A stretch of 32,000 nt of DNA from an uncultured Enterobacterales bacterium (GTDB lineage Bacteria; Myxococcota_A; UBA796; CAJQPC01): assembly GCA_964501915.1 (NCBI GenBank), contig CAZCVP010000034.1:1-32000 (forward strand). Direction: 5' to 3'. The notes beneath the pieces are model-generated. The model was given only the letters and a program-made list of their open reading frames with translations, did not search any database and was not told the DNA's origin. Positions 25,483 to 32,000 of this stretch are shown piece by piece; within the stretch, counting starts at the first letter, position 1, and each line of letters begins with the position of its first letter. The position numbers and the translations under genes were made by a program.

Positions 25483-25494
25483 CTCGGGAGGCTA

Positions 25495-26532
25495 TCACTG
25501 CGCGCCGCTGTGAGTCTCCACGGTGTGGACCCCCGAGTCATGGACGACGGTGTGCTCCAGGCGCGCCTCCGCCGTCACGACGGCACTGTCCCAGACGACG
25601 CTGTCCCGCACTCTGGCTCCGCGGCGCACGACCGCTCCGGCCCCCAGGATCGCGCCTGGCCCGACCACGACGTCCGCCTCCAGCACCACGCTGGGACCGA
25701 TCCAGCAGGGCCCCTCGATGCGAGCGCTGGTCGAGGCCTCCACGGCGTCCCGGCTCCCCCAGGTGCGGTCTCCCCTGCGGGCGAAGGCTGCCCGGGGCAT
25801 CGGGTCCAGCACCAGGGGCAGCTCCCCCGCCAGCGCGGCCCGGTTGGCGGCCAGGTAGAGCTGCGGGTTGCCGAGATCGACCCAGGTGCCCGCGTGGCGC
25901 AGCGCCCGCACCCGTCGCCGGGGCACCAGGTCGCCATAGGCCGTGCGCACGACGCAGGCCTCGCCCTCCGGGACCCGCTCCAGCGCCCCCTGGTCGAGGG
26001 CGTGGATGCCCGTGAAGTGGGTCGTGCGATCGACGGCTCCGACCGGCTCCGCGACGGCGAGGCCCACCAGGTCGACCACGGTGTCCGTGGCGTCCGCGGC
26101 CACGATCCCGTACTGGGGGCCCCCTCGGCGCAGCGCCATCGCCGCCGCCCCCGGGCCGCCCGGCACCGCCTCGATCAGGGCCCGCAGGTCCACGTCGCTG
26201 AGCACGTCGCCGTTGACCACCACGAAGCGGTCCGCGAGGTGCTCCCGGGCGTGCCGCAGGCCACCGCCGGTGCCCAGGATGCGCGGGGACTCCAGGGAGA
26301 CCACCAGGTCGAAGTCCTGCCGCTCGGCCCAGGCCTCGATCGCCTCCGGCAGGTGGTGGGCGTTGACGACGGCCCGCTCAAACCCCTGGTCCTGCAGCCG
26401 GGCCACCGCCTGGTCCAGCAGCGGCAGGCCGCACAGGGGCACCAGGGGCTTGGGGCGGTCGAGGGTGAGGGGACGGAGGCGGGTGCCGAAGCCGGCGGCG
26501 AGCAGGAAGGCGTCCGCCGGGGGCCTACTCAA
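25495..26532 (-). CDS. Sugar-phosphate nucleotidyltransferase: an NTP_transferase fold followed by a C-terminal left-handed beta-helix.
   Basis: The N-terminus AFLLAAGFGTRLRPLTLDRPKPLVPL is the G-x-G-T-R-x-x-P-x-T signature. The C-terminus has hexapeptide-like repeats (GPSVVLEADVVVGPGAILGAGAVVRRGARVRDSVVWDSAVV). The only available start is TTG at 26532, which overlaps the upstream gene's TAG stop by 8 nt. Confidence 0.85.
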   Translation of the reverse strand: MSRPPADAFLLAAGFGTRLRPLTLDRPKPLVPLCGLPLLDQAVARLQDQGFERAVVNAHHLPEAIEAWAERQDFDLVVSLESPRILGTGGGLRHAREHLADRFVVVNGDVLSDVDLRALIEAVPGGPGAAAMALRRGGPQYGIVAADATDTVVDLVGLAVAEPVGAVDRTTHFTGIHALDQGALERVPEGEACVVRTAYGDLVPRRRVRALRHAGTWVDLGNPQLYLAANRAALAGELPLVLDPMPRAAFARRGDRTWGSRDAVEASTSARIEGPCWIGPSVVLEADVVVGPGAILGAGAVVRRGARVRDSVVWDSAVVTAEARLEHTVVHDSGVHTVETHSGAQ

Positions 26533-28558
26533 ATCGATCCAGCAGGTTGTAGTAGGCGAGGGCGGCGCCAGCGTAGCCGGTGCCGTAGGGCGCGGTCTGC
26601 ACCAGGTCGTCGAGGCCGTTGTCGTCGAGGTCCGACGTCAGGGTGTTCCAGCCCATCAGGTCGTCCTGGGCGATGGAGATGAACTCCACCACCGAGTCGC
26701 TCGCCGAGACCGTGCCCCCGGCGACCACGTCGGGGCCGTGGTGGATGTAGGTGCGGCTGTTGAGGCCCCCGAGCTGGATGTCGCCGACGCTGATGACGAC
26801 CAGGTCGCCGACGCCGTCACCGTCGAAGTCGCCGGCCTCCTCGGCGCTCTGGAGGTGGCCGAGGTCCTCGATGCCATAGACCAGGTACTCGGCGATGTCC
26901 GCCGCGTCGGTGTCGTTGGACAGGGCGGTGTAGACGTGGCCGTCGATGACCGCGACCGCACCAGCCTGCCAGGTGCCCAGGCTCTCGTCGCCGTGGTGGC
27001 CCCAGAGGCTGACGACGATCTCGTCGTAGCCGTCGCCGTCGACGTCGGGCAGCCAGCCGTTGAAGTTGCCGGCGCCTTCCTCGGTGGCTCCGGTCAGGCC
27101 CACCACGTCGTGGGGTGTGTACTCGCCGCCCGGCGAGGCGAAGAGGTCGGCGCCGGAGAACGGTGAGACCCGACCGTCGCCGGGCCCGGTGTAGCCCGAC
27201 TCCTCGTCGGCGGGCTTGGTGTCGCTGCCGAACAACAGGTCGGCCACGCCGTCGGCGTCGAAGTCCAGGCCCCCGACCGTCTGCCCGCCGTAGTGGGAGG
27301 CGTCGCTGACGCGGGCCGCGGAGAAGGTGGTCGTGAGGTTGCCGCCGGTCTTGATGCGGCCGCTGGCGTAGACGGTGATGTCGGCGGCGTTGATGAAGGC
27401 CGTGCCGACCGCCACCTCGGAGGCCCCGTCGCCGTTCATGTCGCCGAGGGCCGCGACGTCGGCGCCGGCGTAGTCCATGTGGGCGGACAGGGTGGCCCAG
27501 GCCGCGCTGGTGCTCGCCGTGGTCGTGAGGTCGCCGGCCGAGAAGACGTAGGCGCCGCCGTAGGTGCTGCCGAAGGCGCCCAGCGGGGCTCCGACGACAA
27601 GGTCCGGGTACCCGTCCCCGTCGAGATCGCCCGGCCCCGCGAGGTCCCAGCCCAGGTACTCACCGCTGCCATCGACCCAGCCCAGGGCCGCCGAGGTGAA
27701 GCCGCCGTCCGGGGCGTTGGGATCGAGCAGGTAGACCCGGCCGCTGTAGCCGAAGTCCTTGGTGCCGTAGCCACCCACGGCGAGCTCAGGCGTCCCGTCT
27801 CCGTTGACGTCGCCGACCATGTCGCCGCCCAGGCCGACCAGGCCGTCGCCATCGCTGAACCAGTCCCCCGACCAGGTGAGGTCGGCGTCGCGACTGTTGA
27901 GGCCGTCCACGACCTCGTCGCAGTCGTTGTCCACACCGTCCCAGGTCTCCTTGTTGCCCGGGTAGGTCAGCGGGTCCGTGTCGTCGCAGTCCTCACCCCC
28001 GTCGGGGCTCGAGGGGTCCTCGTAGCCGTCGCCGTCCTGGTCGTAGTCCGAGTCGATGTGGCCCGAGCAGTCCCCGTCGATGCCGTCGTACCAGATCTCG
28101 TCCTGGTCCGGGTGCACGTCGGGGTCCTCGTCGTCGCAGTCGTTGGCACCCTCGCCACGGCCGTCGTAGCCGTCGCCGTCGCAGTCGTTGGTGTCCTCGA
28201 CGCCGTCGCAGTTCTCGTCGATGCCGTTGTAGCAGACCTCGTCGGCCCCTGGGTAGATGGTCGGGTTGCTGTCGTTGCAGTCGTCCCCGTCCTCCATGCT
28301 GTCGCCGATGTAGCCATCGCCGTCGACGTCCACGAGGTCGCCGTCTCCAAGGCAGTCGTTGTCCTTGCCGTCGTACGGGATGTCGTTGGCCCCGGGGTAG
28401 GTCCAGGGATCGTCGGGGTCGCAGTCGTCTTCATCCGGCACGCCGTCGCCGTCGCGGTCGGGACGGTCGTCGACGTAGGCGGAGTCTTCGGTGGCCGTGT
28501 CGGTGTCGTCGGCGCCGCAGGCGAAGAGGGCGAGGCTCACCAGCAGGGTGGTCGTCAC
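26525..28558 (-). CDS. Lipoprotein with N-terminal Asp/Cys-rich MopE-like putative metal-binding repeats and C-terminal FG-GAP/VCBS (integrin-alpha-like) repeats.
   Basis: The gene has a GTG start with GAGG upstream. The lipobox is MTTTLLVSLALFAC. Repeated D-x-D-G-D-G...DCDDxDPxxxPG...DGxDNDCDG modules occur about 5 times. They are followed by repeated GDVNGDGxPELAVG / GDLDGDGYPDLVVG / GDMNGDGASEVAVG FG-GAP calcium-loop motifs. Confidence 0.85.
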   Translation of the reverse strand: MTTTLLVSLALFACGADDTDTATEDSAYVDDRPDRDGDGVPDEDDCDPDDPWTYPGANDIPYDGKDNDCLGDGDLVDVDGDGYIGDSMEDGDDCNDSNPTIYPGADEVCYNGIDENCDGVEDTNDCDGDGYDGRGEGANDCDDEDPDVHPDQDEIWYDGIDGDCSGHIDSDYDQDGDGYEDPSSPDGGEDCDDTDPLTYPGNKETWDGVDNDCDEVVDGLNSRDADLTWSGDWFSDGDGLVGLGGDMVGDVNGDGTPELAVGGYGTKDFGYSGRVYLLDPNAPDGGFTSAALGWVDGSGEYLGWDLAGPGDLDGDGYPDLVVGAPLGAFGSTYGGAYVFSAGDLTTTASTSAAWATLSAHMDYAGADVAALGDMNGDGASEVAVGTAFINAADITVYASGRIKTGGNLTTTFSAARVSDASHYGGQTVGGLDFDADGVADLLFGSDTKPADEESGYTGPGDGRVSPFSGADLFASPGGEYTPHDVVGLTGATEEGAGNFNGWLPDVDGDGYDEIVVSLWGHHGDESLGTWQAGAVAVIDGHVYTALSNDTDAADIAEYLVYGIEDLGHLQSAEEAGDFDGDGVGDLVVISVGDIQLGGLNSRTYIHHGPDVVAGGTVSASDSVVEFISIAQDDLMGWNTLTSDLDDNGLDDLVQTAPYGTGYAGAALAYYNLLDRFE

Positions 28559-28571
28559 GGGGCACCTCGAG

Positions 28572-28594
28572 TAGGGCAGGACCAGTGTGCCCTA
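28572..28594. repeat. Perfect 7-bp inverted repeat, TAGGGCA-N9-TGCCCTA, in the tlpA-like/lipoprotein intergenic gap.
   Basis: The repeat is read directly from the sequence. It lies 39 nt downstream of the TlpA-like stop and just upstream of the GAGG-GTG start region of the 26525..28558(-) gene. No U-tract follows, so its role as terminator or operator is undetermined. Confidence 0.5.
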
Positions 28595-28632
28595 ACCGAC
28601 CGTCGCTGCGCAGCTTCAGGCTGTGATGGAGG

Positions 28633-29169
28633 TCACCCGAACCACCAGGCGAGCAGGCGGAGCTGCCAGCCCATCAACAGGCCCGCGTGGGCGTAGGCCA
28701 CCCGCCCCTCCGGATCGACGAGCACCGTCGTGGGCACGATGTCGACGCCGTAGGCCGAACGGGTCGCCCGGTCGGCGTAGAGCACCGGGTAGGTGAAGCC
28801 GAGCTGCTCCACCGCGGCCGGCACGCCCTCGGGCCGGTCGTCGGTCGCCAGGCCCAGGACCACGACCTCGGGGTGGTCGTCGGCGAAGGCGCTGAAGGCC
28901 GGCACCTCCATGCGGCAGGGACCGCACCAGGTGGCCCAGAAGTTGAGCACCACCAGCGAGCCGCGGTGCTGCTCCAGGGAGACGGCGGCGCCTGCGAGGT
29001 CCGGCAGGGCGAAGGCGGGGGCCTGCTCGGGCAGCGACGGCGCCCGCAAGGTGCCCAGGCCGGTGAAGATCACCAGGGCGAGGAAGAGACTGAGCAGGAC
29101 CGACCGCAGGGTGCGCCAGCGCTCGCCGGACTTCGGCTCGCCGAGCAGGGTGTCGAGGTCGTCGGGCAT
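28633..29169 (-). CDS. Membrane-anchored TlpA/ResA-like thioredoxin-fold thiol:disulfide oxidoreductase.
   Basis: The N-terminal transmembrane anchor is LRSVLLSLFLALVIFTGLGTL. The active site is VVLNFWATWCGPCRMEVP (a CxxC motif). Confidence 0.85.
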   Translation of the reverse strand: MPDDLDTLLGEPKSGERWRTLRSVLLSLFLALVIFTGLGTLRAPSLPEQAPAFALPDLAGAAVSLEQHRGSLVVLNFWATWCGPCRMEVPAFSAFADDHPEVVVLGLATDDRPEGVPAAVEQLGFTYPVLYADRATRSAYGVDIVPTTVLVDPEGRVAYAHAGLLMGWQLRLLAWWFG

Positions 29170-29214
29170 CGGGGGGTCATAGCCTGCGCGGCTCCAGGTC
29201 CCCGCTCCACCCTC

Positions 29215-29649
29215 TCAAGCCAGGAGAGGATTCCGGCAACGGAGTCCACCGAAGCGGGAGAAGTCCCGGTCCGCGGTCAACAGCTCGGTGACACCGTGCT
29301 GGAGGCAGAGGGCGGCGATCCGGGCGTCGTGGACCCGCGGCCCCACGATGGAGCCGCTGACCACCAGCTCAGCCAGCCTGTCGAGGTGCCTGGGGCCCTC
29401 ACCGACGAGGACGAGCAGCGGAGACGCCGTCCACGAGCGACAACAGGCCAGGGCCGTCTCCACCTCCGTGGGCGGTCGCCAGATCCTGGGGTGGGTCACC
29501 ACCGCGAGGAACTCGTGCACGCAGGGCCAGGGAATGCACCAACGCCTGTCCCCTTCGACCAGGGCCGAGAGACAGTCGAGCGCAGCACCGTGGAAGGGGC
29601 TGTCGGAGCGGTGGGCGTGGACGAGGAGGTTGGTGTCGACCCCGATCAC
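29215..29649 (-). CDS. vapC: PIN-domain ribonuclease toxin, VapC-type.
   Basis: The N-terminus is MIGVDTNLLVHAH. The later PIN acidic residues are HDARIAALCLQHGVTELLTADRDFSRF. The GTG start overlaps the antitoxin stop (GTGA at 29646-29649). Confidence 0.9.
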   Translation of the reverse strand: MIGVDTNLLVHAHRSDSPFHGAALDCLSALVEGDRRWCIPWPCVHEFLAVVTHPRIWRPPTEVETALACCRSWTASPLLVLVGEGPRHLDRLAELVVSGSIVGPRVHDARIAALCLQHGVTELLTADRDFSRFGGLRCRNPLLA

Positions 29650-29888
29650 GACCCCCGACCCTCGTAGATGGTCTCGCTGAGCCGGGACCAGTCCCCGGCT
29701 GCGAATTCGGGGGAGAGCCCCTCTCCGTCGACGATGACAGGCTCGAAGCGCACGGCGGGAGGGGACTCGGCCTGCAGTGCGAGACGCAGCCCCCGCTCGA
29801 CGAGCTCCTTCAGAGTGATGGAGCGGGCGCGGGCGACCTCCCGTGCTTCGTCCAGCAGGGCGTCGGCGATGTCGAGGGTGGTCTTCAT
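29646..29888 (-). CDS. vapB: VapB-type antitoxin, 80 aa.
   Basis: MKTTLDIADALLDEAREVARARSITLKELVERGLRLAL is the common MxTTLDIDDxLL antitoxin N-terminus. I place the start at ATG 29888. The track's longer 142-aa version adds a Gly/Pro/Arg-rich extension that I do not believe. Confidence 0.8.
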   Translation of the reverse strand: MKTTLDIADALLDEAREVARARSITLKELVERGLRLALQAESPPAVRFEPVIVDGEGLSPEFAAGDWSRLSETIYEGRGS

Positions 29889-29925
29889 GTTGCTAGCAAT
29901 ATCATAGCAACCCATAGCCCCATAG
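29889..29925 (-). promoter_or_regulatory. AT-rich dyad and direct-repeat patch abutting the vapB start codon. Candidate vapBC promoter/operator, possibly giving a short-leader or leaderless transcript.
   Basis: GTTGCTA-N9-TAGCAAC (29889-29911) is a perfect 7-bp inverted repeat. CATAGC/CATAG occurs three times (29903, 29913, 29921). The patch is the most AT-rich stretch in the neighbourhood and sits directly 5' of the ATG at 29888 on the minus strand. No Shine-Dalgarno sequence is visible. Confidence 0.35.
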
Positions 29926-30159
29926 AGAAGGGGGTTCCCGCCCCTGGACCGGCTCGGGCCGGAGGCATCGTCTGCATGGTCCCGGAGCGGCTCCTCACCA
30001 GACGCCGGCCCGCTGACGAACATGGGCTCCTCCTGGAGGCGACGCCGTCCATGCGGCGGCTCCGGAGGACCCATGCACGCCCGGTGCCCGGGGGGCGCCA
30101 GGCAGCACGAGCTGTCCTTGCAGCCATTTGTGTCGATCAGGACAGCCGCCCTGTCACCC

Positions 30160-30352
30160 CCTGGCGGCAGAGGTCGCCCGTGGACAAAGGTCGCCCAGGA
30201 TGGTCTATCTTCGCCGACCTTTGTCCGATTTCGGGCTCCAGGCGGACGAAGGTCGCCCAGGATGGTCCATCTTCACCGACCTTTGTCCGATTTCGCGTTC
30301 CAGGCGGACGAAGGTCGCCCAGGATGGTCCATCTTCGCCGACCTTCGTCCGC
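30160..30352. repeat. Tandem array of a 62-bp unit: three full hairpin-forming copies plus a partial leading copy.
   Basis: The hairpins lie at 30182-30226, 30244-30288 and 30306-30350, exactly 62 bp apart. Each has a 12-bp stem, GGAC(A/G)AAGGTCG ... CGACCTT(T/C)GTCC, around a 21-nt loop, CCCAGGATGGTC(C/T)ATCTTC(G/A)C. The loop contains the inner dyad GATGG-T-CCATC. A partial copy, ctggcggcagaggtcgccc, sits at 30161-30179. The 62-bp period is not a multiple of 3, and the three copies fall in different frames. Confidence 0.9.
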
Positions 30353-30494
30353 GGGGTCCGCGCGGCGGTCTGGGAGCCTCCCCCCGCTCCGCGCCGCGTG
30401 GACGAGCCCCTGGGCGACGACCCCCCTGCGGATCAGCCCGCCTCGGACCGCTCCATGCCCAGCCGCGCCATGAGCTCGTAGAGAGCCGAGCGGT

Positions 30495-30749
30495 TCATGC
30501 GGACAGCGCCAGCATCCGATGAAGGGCGGCCGCATCGGGCGGCGTGATCCGATCGACCACGCAGGGTACGGTCTCCAGGGCCGCCTCCCGAGCCTCGCGG
30601 ACACCGTCGGGGTCCATGGCCCCGAAGGCGGCCTCGCCCCGGTTGGCGTGATCGAGGAAGTCGACGATGGTGACCGGCTCCTCACAGGCGGCGGCGGCGG
30701 GCGAACCGAGGGCCAGCAGCCCGAGCAACGACATCAGCGCGATCCTCAC
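30495..30749 (-). CDS. Small secreted hypothetical protein (84 aa), possibly C-terminally truncated.
   Basis: The signal peptide is MRIALMSLLGLLALGSPAAAAC. Third-position GC bias is good. The start lies 3 nt after the upstream protease stop. The ORF ends abruptly (..HRMLALSA*) just before the repeat-bearing non-coding region. Confidence 0.55.
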   Translation of the reverse strand: MRIALMSLLGLLALGSPAAAACEEPVTIVDFLDHANRGEAAFGAMDPDGVREAREAALETVPCVVDRITPPDAAALHRMLALSA

Positions 30750-30752
30750 GAC

Positions 30753-32000
30753 CTACTCCACCACCACCCAGACCCCATCCACCAGCCGCAGCTCCCGCGT
30801 CGGCCAGTAGTCCAGGTCCGCCTTGAGCGTGAGCACCCGGACCACGCCGTCCAGGTCCTCGGTCATGATGCGCACGGCCTCCCCGTTTCCGACCTCCGCC
30901 ACCGCGTCGAGGAAGGCCCCGAGGTCCGGAGTCGGCCGACCGTCGACCTCGACGATGCGGCGGGTGGCCCGCAGGCCGTAGCGGGAGGCCGGGGAGCCGT
31001 ACCAGTACCAGGCCACGTAGACGCCGCCGGTGACGTCGCCCCGCTGGGCGGCGACCTCCGGGTGCGGGTCGTGAAGGAAGGCACCACCCCAGATCGCCGC
31101 CCGCTCCACACCCTGCCGGGCCACGGGCCGGGTCTCGACCTCGATGGACTGCACCTCGCCCTCGCGGAAGACCGACAGGGTCAGGCGTGGGGCCTGGCTG
31201 GCCCGCTCCAGCTCCAGGAAGCGGGTGGCCGGGACCCCGTCGATCGCCAGCAACAGGTCGCCGCCCTGGAGCACCTGGGCGGCGTGGGTGCCCCCGTAGA
31301 GCCGGGAGATGGACAGCACCTGCTTGCGCTCGGGGTCGTGGGCCTCCAGGACCTCGGCCCACTCCTGGGACAGCCCCAGCTCCCGCGCATCCGCCATCGC
31401 CACCAGGCGCAGCTCGGCGCCGAGGATGCGGGTCTCGGTGGCGGTGCTGCCCGGGTAGGGCGCCGGGAGCTGCTCGAAGACCTCCACCGGCAGACCCCGG
31501 AACCGGGACTTGGCGGTGCCCCCCTCGTCCCGGTGGAAGCTCGCCCAGATCGCCAGCACGTTGCCCTTCTTGTCGGCGAGCACGCCGCCGACACTGGAGA
31601 CGCTGTCCTCCACCCGCACGACCTCCAGGTTGACGTCGCGGTGCTGCGGGGGACTGGGCAGCGGGAGCAGGATGGGGTCGATGCGGGACACCCGCGTCTG
31701 GCGGCTGACGACGCGGTGCTGGCCGGTGAGGGCGACGAGCCACACGTCATCGCCCGGCTCCAGGGGCTCCGGGAGGAGCCGCGCCGAGGTGACCGGGGTG
31801 TCGCCGAGCAGCGCCGGATCGTAGGAGATCATCGCCACGTTGTGCTCCGGGTGGACGAACACGACCTGACCAGGGATCCGCACCGAGCCCCCGACGGTCA
31901 GGGTGAGATCCCCCATCCCGATGGGCACGGTGTCCCGGTCCGCCAGCACGAGGCCCCGCTCGGCGTCGACCACCAGCCCTGCACCTCGGAAGGTCGCACC
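30753..32000 (-). CDS. C-terminal ~415 aa of a trypsin-like serine protease with PDZ domains (HtrA/Nma111-like). The N-terminus lies outside the window.
   Basis: The reading frame stays open to the window edge (..GATFRGAGLVVDAERG..). It contains a protease-fold-like segment, VSSVGGVLADKKGNVLAIWASF, and PDZ-type segments, VLQGGDLLLAIDGVPATRF and GLRATRRIVEVDGRPTPDLGAFLDAV. Confidence 0.7.
   Translation of the reverse strand, partial: GATFRGAGLVVDAERGLVLADRDTVPIGMGDLTLTVGGSVRIPGQVVFVHPEHNVAMISYDPALLGDTPVTSARLLPEPLEPGDDVWLVALTGQHRVVSRQTRVSRIDPILLPLPSPPQHRDVNLEVVRVEDSVSSVGGVLADKKGNVLAIWASFHRDEGGTAKSRFRGLPVEVFEQLPAPYPGSTATETRILGAELRLVAMADARELGLSQEWAEVLEAHDPERKQVLSISRLYGGTHAAQVLQGGDLLLAIDGVPATRFLELERASQAPRLTLSVFREGEVQSIEVETRPVARQGVERAAIWGGAFLHDPHPEVAAQRGDVTGGVYVAWYWYGSPASRYGLRATRRIVEVDGRPTPDLGAFLDAVAEVGNGEAVRIMTEDLDGVVRVLTLKADLDYWPTRELRLVDGVWVVVE

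Noticed and set aside
29889-30074. The N-terminal extension of the antitoxin ORF (the 142-aa version, 29646..30074).
   Set aside because: The extension (MGPPEPPHGRRRLQEEPMFVSGPASGEEPLRDHADDASGPSRSRGGNPLLYGAMGCYDIASN) crosses the AT-rich dyad region and lacks coding character. The canonical VapB N-terminus MKTTLDI begins at ATG 29888.
30433-30498. A 21-codon ORF, MNRSALYELMARLGMERSEAG*, overlapping the stop of the 84-aa gene (ATGA). It resembles the C-terminal Fis-type HTH_8 helix (..LGMNRSTLYRKMKRLGI) of sigma-54 activators.
   Set aside because: The ORF is too short to support. The upstream sequence in the same frame (..RSDHAARCGRPSSDAGAVR) does not look like a regulator, and that space is occupied by a better ORF in another frame. 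It could be a relic of a destroyed regulator gene next to the 62-bp repeats, but chance resemblance cannot be excluded without a database search.

Overview
This is a very GC-rich bacterial window. Most long antisense or off-frame ORFs in the supplied track are GC artefacts: Arg/Pro/Gly-rich, with no recognisable motifs. I accept about 20 protein-coding genes. Two are partial at the window edges and one or two appear frameshifted. I found no rRNA, tRNA, CRISPR array, transposase or integrase. The gene content (many lipoproteins, a Ser/Thr-kinase-AAA-TPR protein, Asp/Cys-rich MopE-like and FG-GAP proteins) suggests a Myxococcota-like organism, but that is inference only.

Left third (1-10.2 kb): this looks like a defence island. 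It holds, in order: the 5' end of a helicase-like gene running off the left edge; a short ORF that keeps only the N-terminal motif-I part of an SNF2/SF2 helicase; a Schlafen/AlbA_2 + HATPase_c_4 (COG2865-type) protein; and a four-gene translationally coupled operon. The first three operon products resemble MukF, MukE and MukB. The fourth carries the Toprim motifs of JetD/MksG, which makes the operon a Wadjet/MksBEFG-type system.

Middle (10.5-19.5 kb): a 1403-aa double BcrA/HgdC-type activase fusion of unknown function, a PHP-type metallo-phosphoesterase, and an STK-AAA-TPR gene broken by a frameshift.

Right (20-32 kb): an envelope/secreted cluster (beta-helix lipoprotein, PLAT-like + PhoD phosphatase, lipase, PP2C phosphatase, sugar-phosphate nucleotidyltransferase, FG-GAP/MopE lipoprotein, TlpA-like thioredoxin), a vapBC toxin-antitoxin pair, a small secreted protein, and a PDZ-containing protease that runs off the right edge.

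Two non-coding tandem arrays stand out. One is 4 x 51 bp at about 19.77-19.97 kb, each unit carrying the dyad GTGCCA-N10-TGGCAC. The other is about 3 x 62 bp at about 30.16-30.35 kb, each unit a 12-bp-stem hairpin whose stem shows compensatory base changes between copies. All homology statements come from motif recognition by eye. No searches were run.
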